A stretch of DNA of 64,000 bases. Source: an uncultured Clostridia bacterium. Lineage in GTDB: Bacteria > Bacillota > Clostridia > Christensenellales > CAG-917. The translations under genes were made by a program, and so were the position numbers. Below the pieces are notes generated by a model. The model searched no databases and was not told the origin of the DNA. It was given only the letters and a program-made list of their open reading frames with translations. Numbering within the stretch: the stretch's first letter is position 1; every line of letters begins with the position of its first letter. The stretch covers positions 14,382 through 78,381 of the forward strand of contig CALVTS010000006.1 of assembly GCA_944363035.1 (NCBI GenBank). Reading direction: 5' to 3'. Shown one piece after another: positions 55,159-63,498 of the stretch.

Positions 55159-55476
55159 TCAAGTGTTAAATAAAGTGATTGTTATTAACTATAATTTACA
55201 CCGTTTTAATGATGTGAAATTTTTATTTATTTTACGCTCCGTCCTGCCCGCGTCGAAGCGGAGGATCTTACCCTCCGACCCTCCCGTGCCGAATGGGGGA
55301 TTACGGGGCACACATCCTGCTCCTCCGCCTCGGGAGGTGACGGGTCGGGATGATGGGGGCGCCCCTTACGGATATTCCGCCCGCATACATACTCGCCGTC
55401 TCTCTCGGAAAACGACAAAAAAAGGGCTCTTCGCCCCCTCGGACATACGCGTTCCTCCCCGAGCATATCCTTTTTT

Positions 55477-56739
55477 GTGTGGCGCGCGGCTAAGGTATGC
55501 TTTCTTTATATAGGTACGGTGATCGGCGCGGGGTTCGCCTCCGGGAGGGAGATCGCTCTCTTTTTCGAGGACACCGCGCCCCTCGGCGTGGCGCTTGCCG
55601 CGCTGTTCATGGCTGTGCCGCAGGCGCTCTTCCTTATCGCGGGAAAAACGGGAGCCCTCCCCTCGGGAACGGTGGTGAAGACAGGGGTGTTCCTCGCCGC
55701 GTTTTCCTCCGTCGCGGCGATGCTGGCGGGATGCGAGACCGCGCTTGCCGATCTCACGGGAGTCGCGGGCACGGGAGTGGTGGCGGCAGTCGCCGCAGGA
55801 CTTTTGGTGACGGGCGGGACGGAAAAGATGAAGCTGGCGAACGCCGTCCTCATCCCCCTCCTGCTCGCTCTGCTCCTCCTCATATATCTCAAATGCGGGA
55901 CTCCCATCTCGGGCGGGAGCTTCTCATTGCTCAAACCCGTGCACTATGCGGGGCTGGACGTCCTGATGGGCGGGATGATAATTTCCCGAGAAGGGAAACG
56001 ACTCGGAAAACGCGAGATATTCTTCACCTGCGCAATGAGCGCGCTCTTCCTCGGGATAGTGCTGTTTGTGCTCCAAAACATAGTTTTAAGCGACAAAATG
56101 AACTCGTCAATGCCGGTTTTGGCTGTTGCCGAGAAAGTAGGTTTGAAGACGGCGGCAGGAGTGCTCATAGTCATCGCGGTGTTCACCACCCTTGTTTCCT
56201 CCCTTGACATCCTCACCGAAAACCTGCGCGGAGCTCTGTCCTCTTTCGCCTCGGCGGGAGGGGGCGCGATGTGTCCCGCACGTAGGGCGGCGGCATTCCT
56301 TGCCGCCCCCTCGCACAGAGCGCTCACAGTATTTTTCTGCCTTGCCGCGCTCTACCCCGTGAGCTTTTTCGGCTTTGAAAACATCGTGGACACCCTCTAT
56401 CCTTTCGTCGGGCTGTGCGGAGTCGGGATGACGGTCCTGACGGCGTACGAACTGCTCCGCCGCGCATTGAGAGGACGCACGCTCTCCTCCTCGGACGGAG
56501 ATGACCCCTCGGGCGCAAAGAAAAAGCGCTCCGAAGAGCGCTTCGCATCCGTATATCGCCGCGGCGGGGAGCAACTTAGCGATGATGGTCGTGACAGTCG
56601 CAGTCCTCGTCATCGCACTCGTCGCCGTGGCTGTCGCCGCAGTCGCATCCTTCCTCCTCGTCGTCCTCCTCGTCCTCGCGGGCGAACATCCCCTCGAAGG
56701 GAGAACGGCGGCTGTCCTCGGGCTCATCCAGACCTTTGA
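55477..56739 (+). CDS. YkvI-like polytopic membrane protein with anomalous Arg-rich C-terminal extension
   Basis: IGTVIGAGFASGREI N-terminal motif and about 10 TM helices up to about aa 330. GTG start without a clear RBS. The last 90 aa or so are low-complexity and overlap the convergent gene. Confidence 0.62.
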   Translation: MWRAAKVCFLYIGTVIGAGFASGREIALFFEDTAPLGVALAALFMAVPQALFLIAGKTGALPSGTVVKTGVFLAAFSSVAAMLAGCETALADLTGVAGTGVVAAVAAGLLVTGGTEKMKLANAVLIPLLLALLLLIYLKCGTPISGGSFSLLKPVHYAGLDVLMGGMIISREGKRLGKREIFFTCAMSALFLGIVLFVLQNIVLSDKMNSSMPVLAVAEKVGLKTAAGVLIVIAVFTTLVSSLDILTENLRGALSSFASAGGGAMCPARRAAAFLAAPSHRALTVFFCLAALYPVSFFGFENIVDTLYPFVGLCGVGMTVLTAYELLRRALRGRTLSSSDGDDPSGAKKKRSEERFASVYRRGGEQLSDDGRDSRSPRHRTRRRGCRRSRILPPRRPPRPRGRTSPRRENGGCPRAHPDL

Positions 56740-57187
56740 GATATCTGTAAAACGGATCCTCAGAATAGTCCTTATCGTCCGTCCAATCGCCGCCAAGCTG
56801 TTCGACGGCGTTGCGGACCTCCATATACTCGTTGTAATCGAGCTCGTATTCTTCGGCGAAACTTTTCAAAAGATCGACGGCTCTCTCGTCCCCGTAGCTC
56901 CCGAGCAGACGGGCGAACAGAGCGACGTCCTCGCCCTTGTAAAGATAGCTGACCAAGCCCATGTATATCGCGGGGTTCCCTTTGTAGCCCGCAAGTATCT
57001 CGATGAGCATCTGTCCCGTCTCGCCATCTGAGACGTAGAACCTCGCGAGCATATCGTCAACTATCTCCTCGCAGTCTTCGAGGAGGTACTCATACGCTTC
57101 CAGCCTCTTCTCGTAAGGCATGGACTCGTCCGTGAGGACATCCAGCATTTTGAGCATTTCCTGCTTAGTCTTCATAGCTCTCGTCAT
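56576..57187 (-). CDS. hypothetical acidic helical protein with Cys/His/Asp-rich tail
   Basis: The ORF ends ...EEEGCDCGDSHGDECDDEDCDCHDHHR. Overlaps the upstream gene's stop. Start could be 57187 or 57175. Confidence 0.55.
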   Translation of the reverse strand: MTRAMKTKQEMLKMLDVLTDESMPYEKRLEAYEYLLEDCEEIVDDMLARFYVSDGETGQMLIEILAGYKGNPAIYMGLVSYLYKGEDVALFARLLGSYGDERAVDLLKSFAEEYELDYNEYMEVRNAVEQLGGDWTDDKDYSEDPFYRYLKGLDEPEDSRRSPFEGMFAREDEEDDEEEGCDCGDSHGDECDDEDCDCHDHHR

Positions 57188-58847
57188 CCCCGAAGAATAT
57201 CTTTTTGTATTTATAGTACGTCCTCTCGTTGAGGTCGTAGCGTCCCATGGCGTCCTCGTCGGGGTCGGGGTCGTCGAAGTAGACGCGGGCGAGCAACACG
57301 CCCACCATGGTCTCCTCGCTGCGGAGCATACCTATCTTCCTGCCGTTTTTGCATTTCCAGACGAGCTCCCCGTCCGCGTCGGTGGCTGTCATATCGTTGA
57401 CGATGGTGGCGAGCCTTTCGAGATAGGTGGTGGGATCCTCGTCCGTATAGACGATGTCGCAAGTGGAGCGGTACACCGCTCTGCGCAGGTGTTTGGGGAG
57501 GGCGTGGAAGGTGCGCGGCAATATGAAATCCACGGGTTTGTAGCGGTTTTGAGTGACGATGTCGAACTCCATGCTTATCCCGCCGCCGAGCAGATAATCC
57601 AGCATTATCGCCATGGCGTCGAAGGAGACGTCGCCTCCTATCAACCTCTCGCGGAAGAGCTTCTCCACGCTCCTGTTGCGGACGCGCGCAAGGCACATCA
57701 GGGTGGGACACGCCACGAAATCGGGCGCATACCAAAGCACCCACCGCAAAGCCTCGTTGAAGTCCGCGTCGTACGCGAGCGCGGCGCGTATCTTGCCTAT
57801 ATCCTCTGTGTCGCACGCCTTCTTGACCCTGTTGACGAACTCCAAAGTGGCGACATTCGGCCATTCGTGCCCGTACGGCACCCTCTCGGGCTCTGTGCGG
57901 TAGAGCTTTATGTAATATCCGGCGGGAGAATACTGCCCGTAAATGTTGTTGAGCACCCCCATCACCCGCAGGGCTTCCTTGCGTCTGCCGAGGTTGTAGA
58001 GCGCCTCTGAGCGATACATCTCGCTGAACTGCTTGAAATGCGTGCTCCCGCTCACCTTTTCCGCGGCGGCGAGCACGTCCTCGTCGCGCTGTCTCGCGAT
58101 GAGGAGGGGGAGGACTTTGAGCGCGATCTCCACGCTCGGACCATCGCCCGACATGATGTCGTCGAGGAGCGCGTCCGCCTCTGCGTCCCTCTCCTGCACG
58201 CTGTACGCCGTGGCGAGAGTGGCTTTGTTGTCGTCGGAGGGATCCTCTTTCACCATCTGTTCGGAGAGGGCGACCACTTTGTCGAAATCCCCTTTTGCGA
58301 AGAGGCAGAGTGTCTTTATCTTCTGCGCGGTGGTGCGGAAGGGCTCGGGAGCGTCCTCTATCTCCTCCACAGAGCGCAACGCGCCGTCCAGATCGTTTTC
58401 TGCAAGAGCCTCGTTGGCGCGGTATATCTGCGTCTCGTAGTATTCGATGTCCGAGCGTTTCGCCATACGGAAGCGTGGGGCACCCCCTCCCTCTGCGGCA
58501 TTGAGCACGGCGCTGTCGTCCTCGCCGAGATAGCGCAGATAGTATGCCGCCGCCTCTGCGTCCCCCTCTTCGAGAGCGTTGGAACACAGTTGCCAGAGCG
58601 CGGGAGTCTCGTCGTCCTCGCACTTCGCCTTGCTCATCGCGGTATACAAAACCGCGTTGGATATCTCCAACGCGTGAATTTCGGCATAAGCGCACCCGAG
58701 CGCCGTATATGCGGCGCTGTCGTCGTCGAGACCGCAGGCAGTCTTGAGATAGCCTATCGCCTTCTCGACCTCGCCGCGCGAAAGTGCGCGCGCGCCCAGT
58801 TCGGTATAATCCGTACCGTCGAGCTTGAAATCTATCCGTTTAGCCAT
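57165..58847 (-). CDS. TPR-like repeat protein (hypothetical)
   Basis: 560 aa, helical-repeat character in the N-terminal half. No enzymatic motif seen. Confidence 0.6.
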   Translation of the reverse strand: MAKRIDFKLDGTDYTELGARALSRGEVEKAIGYLKTACGLDDDSAAYTALGCAYAEIHALEISNAVLYTAMSKAKCEDDETPALWQLCSNALEEGDAEAAAYYLRYLGEDDSAVLNAAEGGGAPRFRMAKRSDIEYYETQIYRANEALAENDLDGALRSVEEIEDAPEPFRTTAQKIKTLCLFAKGDFDKVVALSEQMVKEDPSDDNKATLATAYSVQERDAEADALLDDIMSGDGPSVEIALKVLPLLIARQRDEDVLAAAEKVSGSTHFKQFSEMYRSEALYNLGRRKEALRVMGVLNNIYGQYSPAGYYIKLYRTEPERVPYGHEWPNVATLEFVNRVKKACDTEDIGKIRAALAYDADFNEALRWVLWYAPDFVACPTLMCLARVRNRSVEKLFRERLIGGDVSFDAMAIMLDYLLGGGISMEFDIVTQNRYKPVDFILPRTFHALPKHLRRAVYRSTCDIVYTDEDPTTYLERLATIVNDMTATDADGELVWKCKNGRKIGMLRSEETMVGVLLARVYFDDPDPDEDAMGRYDLNERTYYKYKKIFFGDDESYED

Positions 58848-58853
58848 TTGCGC

Positions 58854-60026
58854 CTATTTTTTCTTTTTCTTCTTTTTAGGATTGACGTAGGGCTTCGGCG
58901 GCTGTTTGGGCTGAGCTTTCTTCTGCCCGGGCTGAGCCGAGTATGTCGTATCCCCCGCGTTTTTGCCCTTTTCACCGCCCTTTGCGGCGCTGTTTTTCCC
59001 GCCGCCCTTGCTGTTGCGGAGGGCAATGAGTTTCTTCTTGTCCGTATACGCTTTCAGAGCCTTGCACTTCGTCATGCCGCGCTCGGCGAGAGCGGTCCAG
59101 CACTGCGCCCAGTAGATGAACCCGACAAGCAGCATCGCGATGCAGATGATGATGGCAAAGATGTTGTTGATCATCAGGAGCAGGAGTGGCGCCGCGGAAA
59201 GTATGCCGCAGAACACCGTCGTGAAGGGATTGTTGGCGATGAGCACGAGCGCGTCCTTGAAGGTGTCTTTGAGGGACATCCCGTAGGTGGCGAAGAGGGA
59301 CATCATCACCATGGGCACGGTGAGCAGAGGCGCGCCGAATATGAAGGACAGCACCACCGCCGCCATGCTCCCGGCGTTGTCGTCGCCGAGCTCCTGCAAT
59401 CTGAGCTGATTGATGAGCGCGGTGCCCATCGCGAGCGCGATGAGTATCCCCACCGTCGCGGTGAGCAGATATTTCCACCAATATTTCGCAAACCCCATGA
59501 AGAAGGTGCGGGTGACTTTGGAATAATAGTCCTGATAATAGGAGCGCTTCGCGCAGTAGAACAACCCCGAGATAAAGGGGGCGGCGATGATGCCCGCGCC
59601 CGCCAGCATCATGAGGAAGGGCTGATACACTTCCCAGTAAAGTTTGGCGACGCTTTTGGCGATGCTGTCCCCGCCGGGGTGCATCCCGATGCCTATGCCC
59701 TGCATGAAGTTGTAGCCGCCGCCCATCACGAAGTCCTCAAAGAAGGGCTCCGCGACCAAAAACACGAGGATGAACACCAGCGCCGCAGGGGCGAACCACA
59801 GCGAACCTCTGAGCAACAGAGAGAAATTGGCGCGCAGGACCGCGCCCGCTTTTTTGAAATGACCTTCGGGGTACTCTTTTTTGATGCGCGCCTCCGTCAT
59901 CCCGGCGACGACTATCTTTGCCGGCTCCTCGGGTTCGACGACGACGTCTGCGTCAACGAAGAATTTCCCGAGCAGGAAGCGCGGCTCTTTGGCGGGTCTG
60001 CCCGCCGTTTGGGTCTGATTTGCCAT
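58854..60026 (-). CDS. hypothetical polytopic membrane protein with Lys-rich tail
   Basis: RBS AAGGAG upstream of ATG 60026. About 6 TM helices. The tail ends NPKKKKKKK. Confidence 0.6.
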   Translation of the reverse strand: MANQTQTAGRPAKEPRFLLGKFFVDADVVVEPEEPAKIVVAGMTEARIKKEYPEGHFKKAGAVLRANFSLLLRGSLWFAPAALVFILVFLVAEPFFEDFVMGGGYNFMQGIGIGMHPGGDSIAKSVAKLYWEVYQPFLMMLAGAGIIAAPFISGLFYCAKRSYYQDYYSKVTRTFFMGFAKYWWKYLLTATVGILIALAMGTALINQLRLQELGDDNAGSMAAVVLSFIFGAPLLTVPMVMMSLFATYGMSLKDTFKDALVLIANNPFTTVFCGILSAAPLLLLMINNIFAIIICIAMLLVGFIYWAQCWTALAERGMTKCKALKAYTDKKKLIALRNSKGGGKNSAAKGGEKGKNAGDTTYSAQPGQKKAQPKQPPKPYVNPKKKKKKK

Positions 60027-60172
60027 AACAACTCCTTGGAGTGACTGCGTACATTTTACACTAACACACAACAAATATCAAATCAATAAAATGAATTGGG
60101 CAAGAATTGTGAAAATTTTCTCCCGCATTTCCCCGCCGAGGCAGAGAATTGGCGCGGGTTCGCGAAAATTTA

Positions 60173-60201
60173 TTGACAATCCGCGCCTGCGTACATATAC
60201 T
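60173..60201 (+). promoter_or_regulatory. asd-dapA-dapB operon promoter
   Basis: TTGACA (60173-60178), 17 nt, TATACT (60196-60201). The leader is about 35-40 nt. Confidence 0.55.
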
Positions 60202-60245
60202 TTTCTTTACAATAAGAATGTGGATAAGGGGTCACAGGAGGTAAT

Positions 60246-61256
60246 ATGAAAAAATTTAACATCGCCGTAGTCGGCGCCACCGGCATGGTGGGCAACAAGT
60301 TTTTGGAAGTGCTCACCGAAAGGCAGCTCCCCGTCGAGAACTACTATCTCTTCGCGTCCGCGAGAAGCGCGGGCAAACAGATAGACTTCATGGGCAAGCC
60401 CCACACCGTCATCGAGCTCACAGAGGAGAACGTGATGGCGCTGAAAGGCAAGGTGGATTTCGCCCTCTTCTCGGCAGGCGCGGGCACTTCGGCGAAGTTC
60501 GCCCCCGTATTCGTGGAGGCGGGCGCCGTTGTGGTTGACAACAGCAGTCAATGGCGTATGAACGACGACGTTCCCCTCGTAGTCCCCGAGGTCAACCCCG
60601 AGGACGTGAAATGGAATTCCGGCATCATCGCCAACCCCAATTGCTCCACCATCCAGGCGGTGGTCGCGCTCAAACCCCTCTATGACACCTTCGGCATCAA
60701 GCGCATAGTCTATTCCACCTATCAGGCGGTCTCCGGCGCGGGCGTCGCGGGCTACAACGACCTCAAAAACGGCATCGCGGGGGAAGCTCCCAAGAAGTTC
60801 CCCTATCCCATCGCGTTCAATATGCTCCCCCACATCGACGTGTTCCTCGACAACGGCTACACCAAAGAGGAATGGAAGATGATCGAGGAGACCAAAAAGA
60901 TACTGCACGATCAGTCCCTGCGCATCACCGCGACGACGGTGCGCGTGCCCGTCTATCACGGACACAGCGAGTCCATCAATGTGGAGTTCAAGAAGCCCTG
61001 CACCAAGGAAGAGGTGTTCAAGTGCCTTGACGGATTCCCGGGGCTCGTGCTCATGGACGACGTCAAGAACAACGTCTACCCCATGCCCATCCTCGCCGAG
61101 GACCACGACGAAGTTTTCGTGGGCAGGGTCCGCATCGACGAGAGCGTGGACAGCGGCGTGAACATCTGGTGCGTGGCGGACAACATCCGCAAGGGCGCGG
61201 CGACCAACGCCGTACAGATAGTCCAGCTTCTCATCAACAACGCTTTGGAGGCATAA
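60246..61256 (+). CDS. asd: aspartate-semialdehyde dehydrogenase
   Basis: VGATGMVG NAD(P)-binding loop and active-site NPNCSTIQ. RBS AGGAGG. Confidence 0.93.
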   Translation: MKKFNIAVVGATGMVGNKFLEVLTERQLPVENYYLFASARSAGKQIDFMGKPHTVIELTEENVMALKGKVDFALFSAGAGTSAKFAPVFVEAGAVVVDNSSQWRMNDDVPLVVPEVNPEDVKWNSGIIANPNCSTIQAVVALKPLYDTFGIKRIVYSTYQAVSGAGVAGYNDLKNGIAGEAPKKFPYPIAFNMLPHIDVFLDNGYTKEEWKMIEETKKILHDQSLRITATTVRVPVYHGHSESINVEFKKPCTKEEVFKCLDGFPGLVLMDDVKNNVYPMPILAEDHDEVFVGRVRIDESVDSGVNIWCVADNIRKGAATNAVQIVQLLINNALEA

Positions 61257-61257
61257 C

Positions 61258-62130
61258 ATGATCTTTAAGGGTACTGCAACGGCGCTCATCACGCCTTTCA
61301 CTCGCGACGGAGTGGACTTTGAAAGTTTTGACCGCATCCTGGACGACCAGCTTGCGGGCGGCGTGGACGCGGTGGTCGTGCTGGGCACGACGGGGGAACC
61401 CGCCACAATGACCGCGACGGAAAAGAAGTCCGTCATCGAATTTGCGGTGAACAAGCTCAAAGGCAAACTCCCCGTCATAGTCGGCACGGGCGCGAATTCC
61501 ACAGCCGCCGCCGTCGAGATGTCTCTCCTTGCCGAGAGCCTCGGCGCGGACGCGCTCCTTTTGGTCACGCCCTACTACAATAAGGCGACCCAGCGCGGGC
61601 TCATCGCGCACTTCACCGCTGTCGCGGACGCCGTGCATACCCCCATCATCTGCTACAACGTGCCCGGGCGCACGGGAGTCAACCTCCTCCCCGCCACTTT
61701 TGCGGAGCTCGCCGAGCACGAAAACATCGCCGCGATAAAGGAAGCGAGCGGGAATATGGAACAGATCGAGGAAGTCATCCGCCTCACGGAGGGGAAAGCC
61801 GTGGTGTACAGCGGCGACGACGGCATCACGATACCCGTCATGGCGATGGGCGGCATGGGAGTCATCAGCGTGGCGAGCAACGCCGCTCCCCGCTTCACCG
61901 CCGAGATGACCTCCGCATTCCTTTCGGGCGACCTCAAAAAGGCGGCGAAGATGCAACTTGAAATGCTCCCATTCGTGCGCGCGCTGTTCAGCGAAGTCAA
62001 TCCCATCCCCGTCAAAAAGGCGATGGAACTCAGAGGGCTGTGCAACGGTATCCTCCGTCTCCCCCTCACCGAGATGGGCGCCGAAAACGCCGCAAAACTT
62101 GAAGCTCTGCTTCCCTCTTTCGTGAAATAA
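61258..62130 (+). CDS. dapA: 4-hydroxy-tetrahydrodipicolinate synthase
   Basis: ALITPF...VVLGTTGEPATMT motif. 290 aa. Confidence 0.93.
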   Translation: MIFKGTATALITPFTRDGVDFESFDRILDDQLAGGVDAVVVLGTTGEPATMTATEKKSVIEFAVNKLKGKLPVIVGTGANSTAAAVEMSLLAESLGADALLLVTPYYNKATQRGLIAHFTAVADAVHTPIICYNVPGRTGVNLLPATFAELAEHENIAAIKEASGNMEQIEEVIRLTEGKAVVYSGDDGITIPVMAMGGMGVISVASNAAPRFTAEMTSAFLSGDLKKAAKMQLEMLPFVRALFSEVNPIPVKKAMELRGLCNGILRLPLTEMGAENAAKLEALLPSFVK

Positions 62131-63326
62131 TGATAAAGATAGCAATTTCCGGCGCGGCAGGTCGCATCGGACGCACGATGTACAAATCTCTCATCGGCTC
62201 CACGGAGTTCCAAGCCGTCTTCGGCGTGGACGTCAACGGCGCCGACGACCTTCCCTATCCCGTCTATAAGAGCTTTTCGGCGGCTCCTCTCGACGCGGAC
62301 GTGGTGATAGACTTCTCCTCTCCCGCCGCGCTCGACGACATACTCGCCTATTCCGCCGCCACCAAAGCCAAACTGGTGCTCGCCACCACGGGCTACACGG
62401 CGGAACAGGAAAAGCGCGTGGAATTCGCCTCCAAGGACGTGCCCGTGTTCAGAGCGAGCAATATGTCCCTCGGCGTCAACCTCCTCGGCAGTCTCGCCAA
62501 GGAAGCGGCGAAGTTTTTGGGGGAGGACTACGACATCGAGATAGTGGAGACCCACCACAATCACAAGCTGGATTCCCCCAGCGGCACCGCCCTCACCCTC
62601 GCGAAGGAGATAAATTCCGTGAGGGACGATTCTTTGGAATACGTCTACGGCAGGCACGCGGCGAAGCACCGCAGAGAGCCCCGCGAGATAGGCATACACG
62701 CCGTGCGCGGCGGCACCGTGGTCGGGAAACACGAGGTCATGTTCCTCGGCACGGGGGAAGTGATCACCCTCATGCACGAGTCCGAAAACAAGGAGGTATT
62801 CGTGCGCGGCGCGCTCCGCGCGGCGAAGTTCCTCATGGAAAAGCAGTCCGGGCTCTACGACATGACCTCCATCATAGCGCAGAATTACGCCGTCACCTCC
62901 GTCTCCTCCGAGACCGACGTGGCTCTCATCACCCTGCCACGCATCACATTCGACGGCTTCCTCTCCCTGCTCTCCTCCATAAAGAGCAACGACATCAACC
63001 TGGACATGATAAGCCATCACTACAATGCGGACGAGACCGTCGCGGTATCCTTCACTCTGGGCGGAGACGACCTCGGCAAGGTGGAAAGGCTGATCCCCTC
63101 GGACACCCTTTGCAAGACGGTGCGCGGAGCCGCGAAGATCACCGCAGAGGGCGCGGGGATGCAACACAGGAGCGGCGTCGCGGCGGACGTGCTCTCCATC
63201 CTGCGCGAAGCGGGCGCGGAAGTTTTTGCCATCACCACCTCTGAGACCCAGATCTCCTGCTGTATAGACGCAAAGTCCCTCTCCCCTGCGGAAGAGGCGG
63301 TCAAAAAATACTACGGCATAAACTGA
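62130..63326 (+). CDS. dapB: 4-hydroxy-tetrahydrodipicolinate reductase fused to aspartokinase-type ACT domain pair
   Basis: EIVETHHNHKLDSPSGTAL DapB signature within aa 1-250. C-terminal 145 aa or so resemble aspartokinase ACT domains (AKITAEGAGMQHRSGVAADVLSILREAGAEVFAITTSETQISCCID). Confidence 0.88.
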   Translation: MIKIAISGAAGRIGRTMYKSLIGSTEFQAVFGVDVNGADDLPYPVYKSFSAAPLDADVVIDFSSPAALDDILAYSAATKAKLVLATTGYTAEQEKRVEFASKDVPVFRASNMSLGVNLLGSLAKEAAKFLGEDYDIEIVETHHNHKLDSPSGTALTLAKEINSVRDDSLEYVYGRHAAKHRREPREIGIHAVRGGTVVGKHEVMFLGTGEVITLMHESENKEVFVRGALRAAKFLMEKQSGLYDMTSIIAQNYAVTSVSSETDVALITLPRITFDGFLSLLSSIKSNDINLDMISHHYNADETVAVSFTLGGDDLGKVERLIPSDTLCKTVRGAAKITAEGAGMQHRSGVAADVLSILREAGAEVFAITTSETQISCCIDAKSLSPAEEAVKKYYGIN

Positions 63327-63359
63327 CCCGCCGACGGTCGGACGCGTCCCGAACTTCAA

Positions 63360-63387
63360 CAAAAAACGCGGCTCATGCCGCGTTTTT
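63360..63387 (+). terminator. Rho-independent terminator (dapB)
   Basis: ACGCGGC-TCAT-GCCGCGT followed by TTTT. Confidence 0.8.
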
Positions 63388-63498
63388 GATTTGCTTTCGT
63401 TTGTGTTTTCCGTTCCGGACCGTTGCCCGTTTTCGCTTCCGTATGCGATCCGCTTTCGCTTCGCGCTCTGCGCGTTCTCTTTGCGGTCTGAGAGGATG

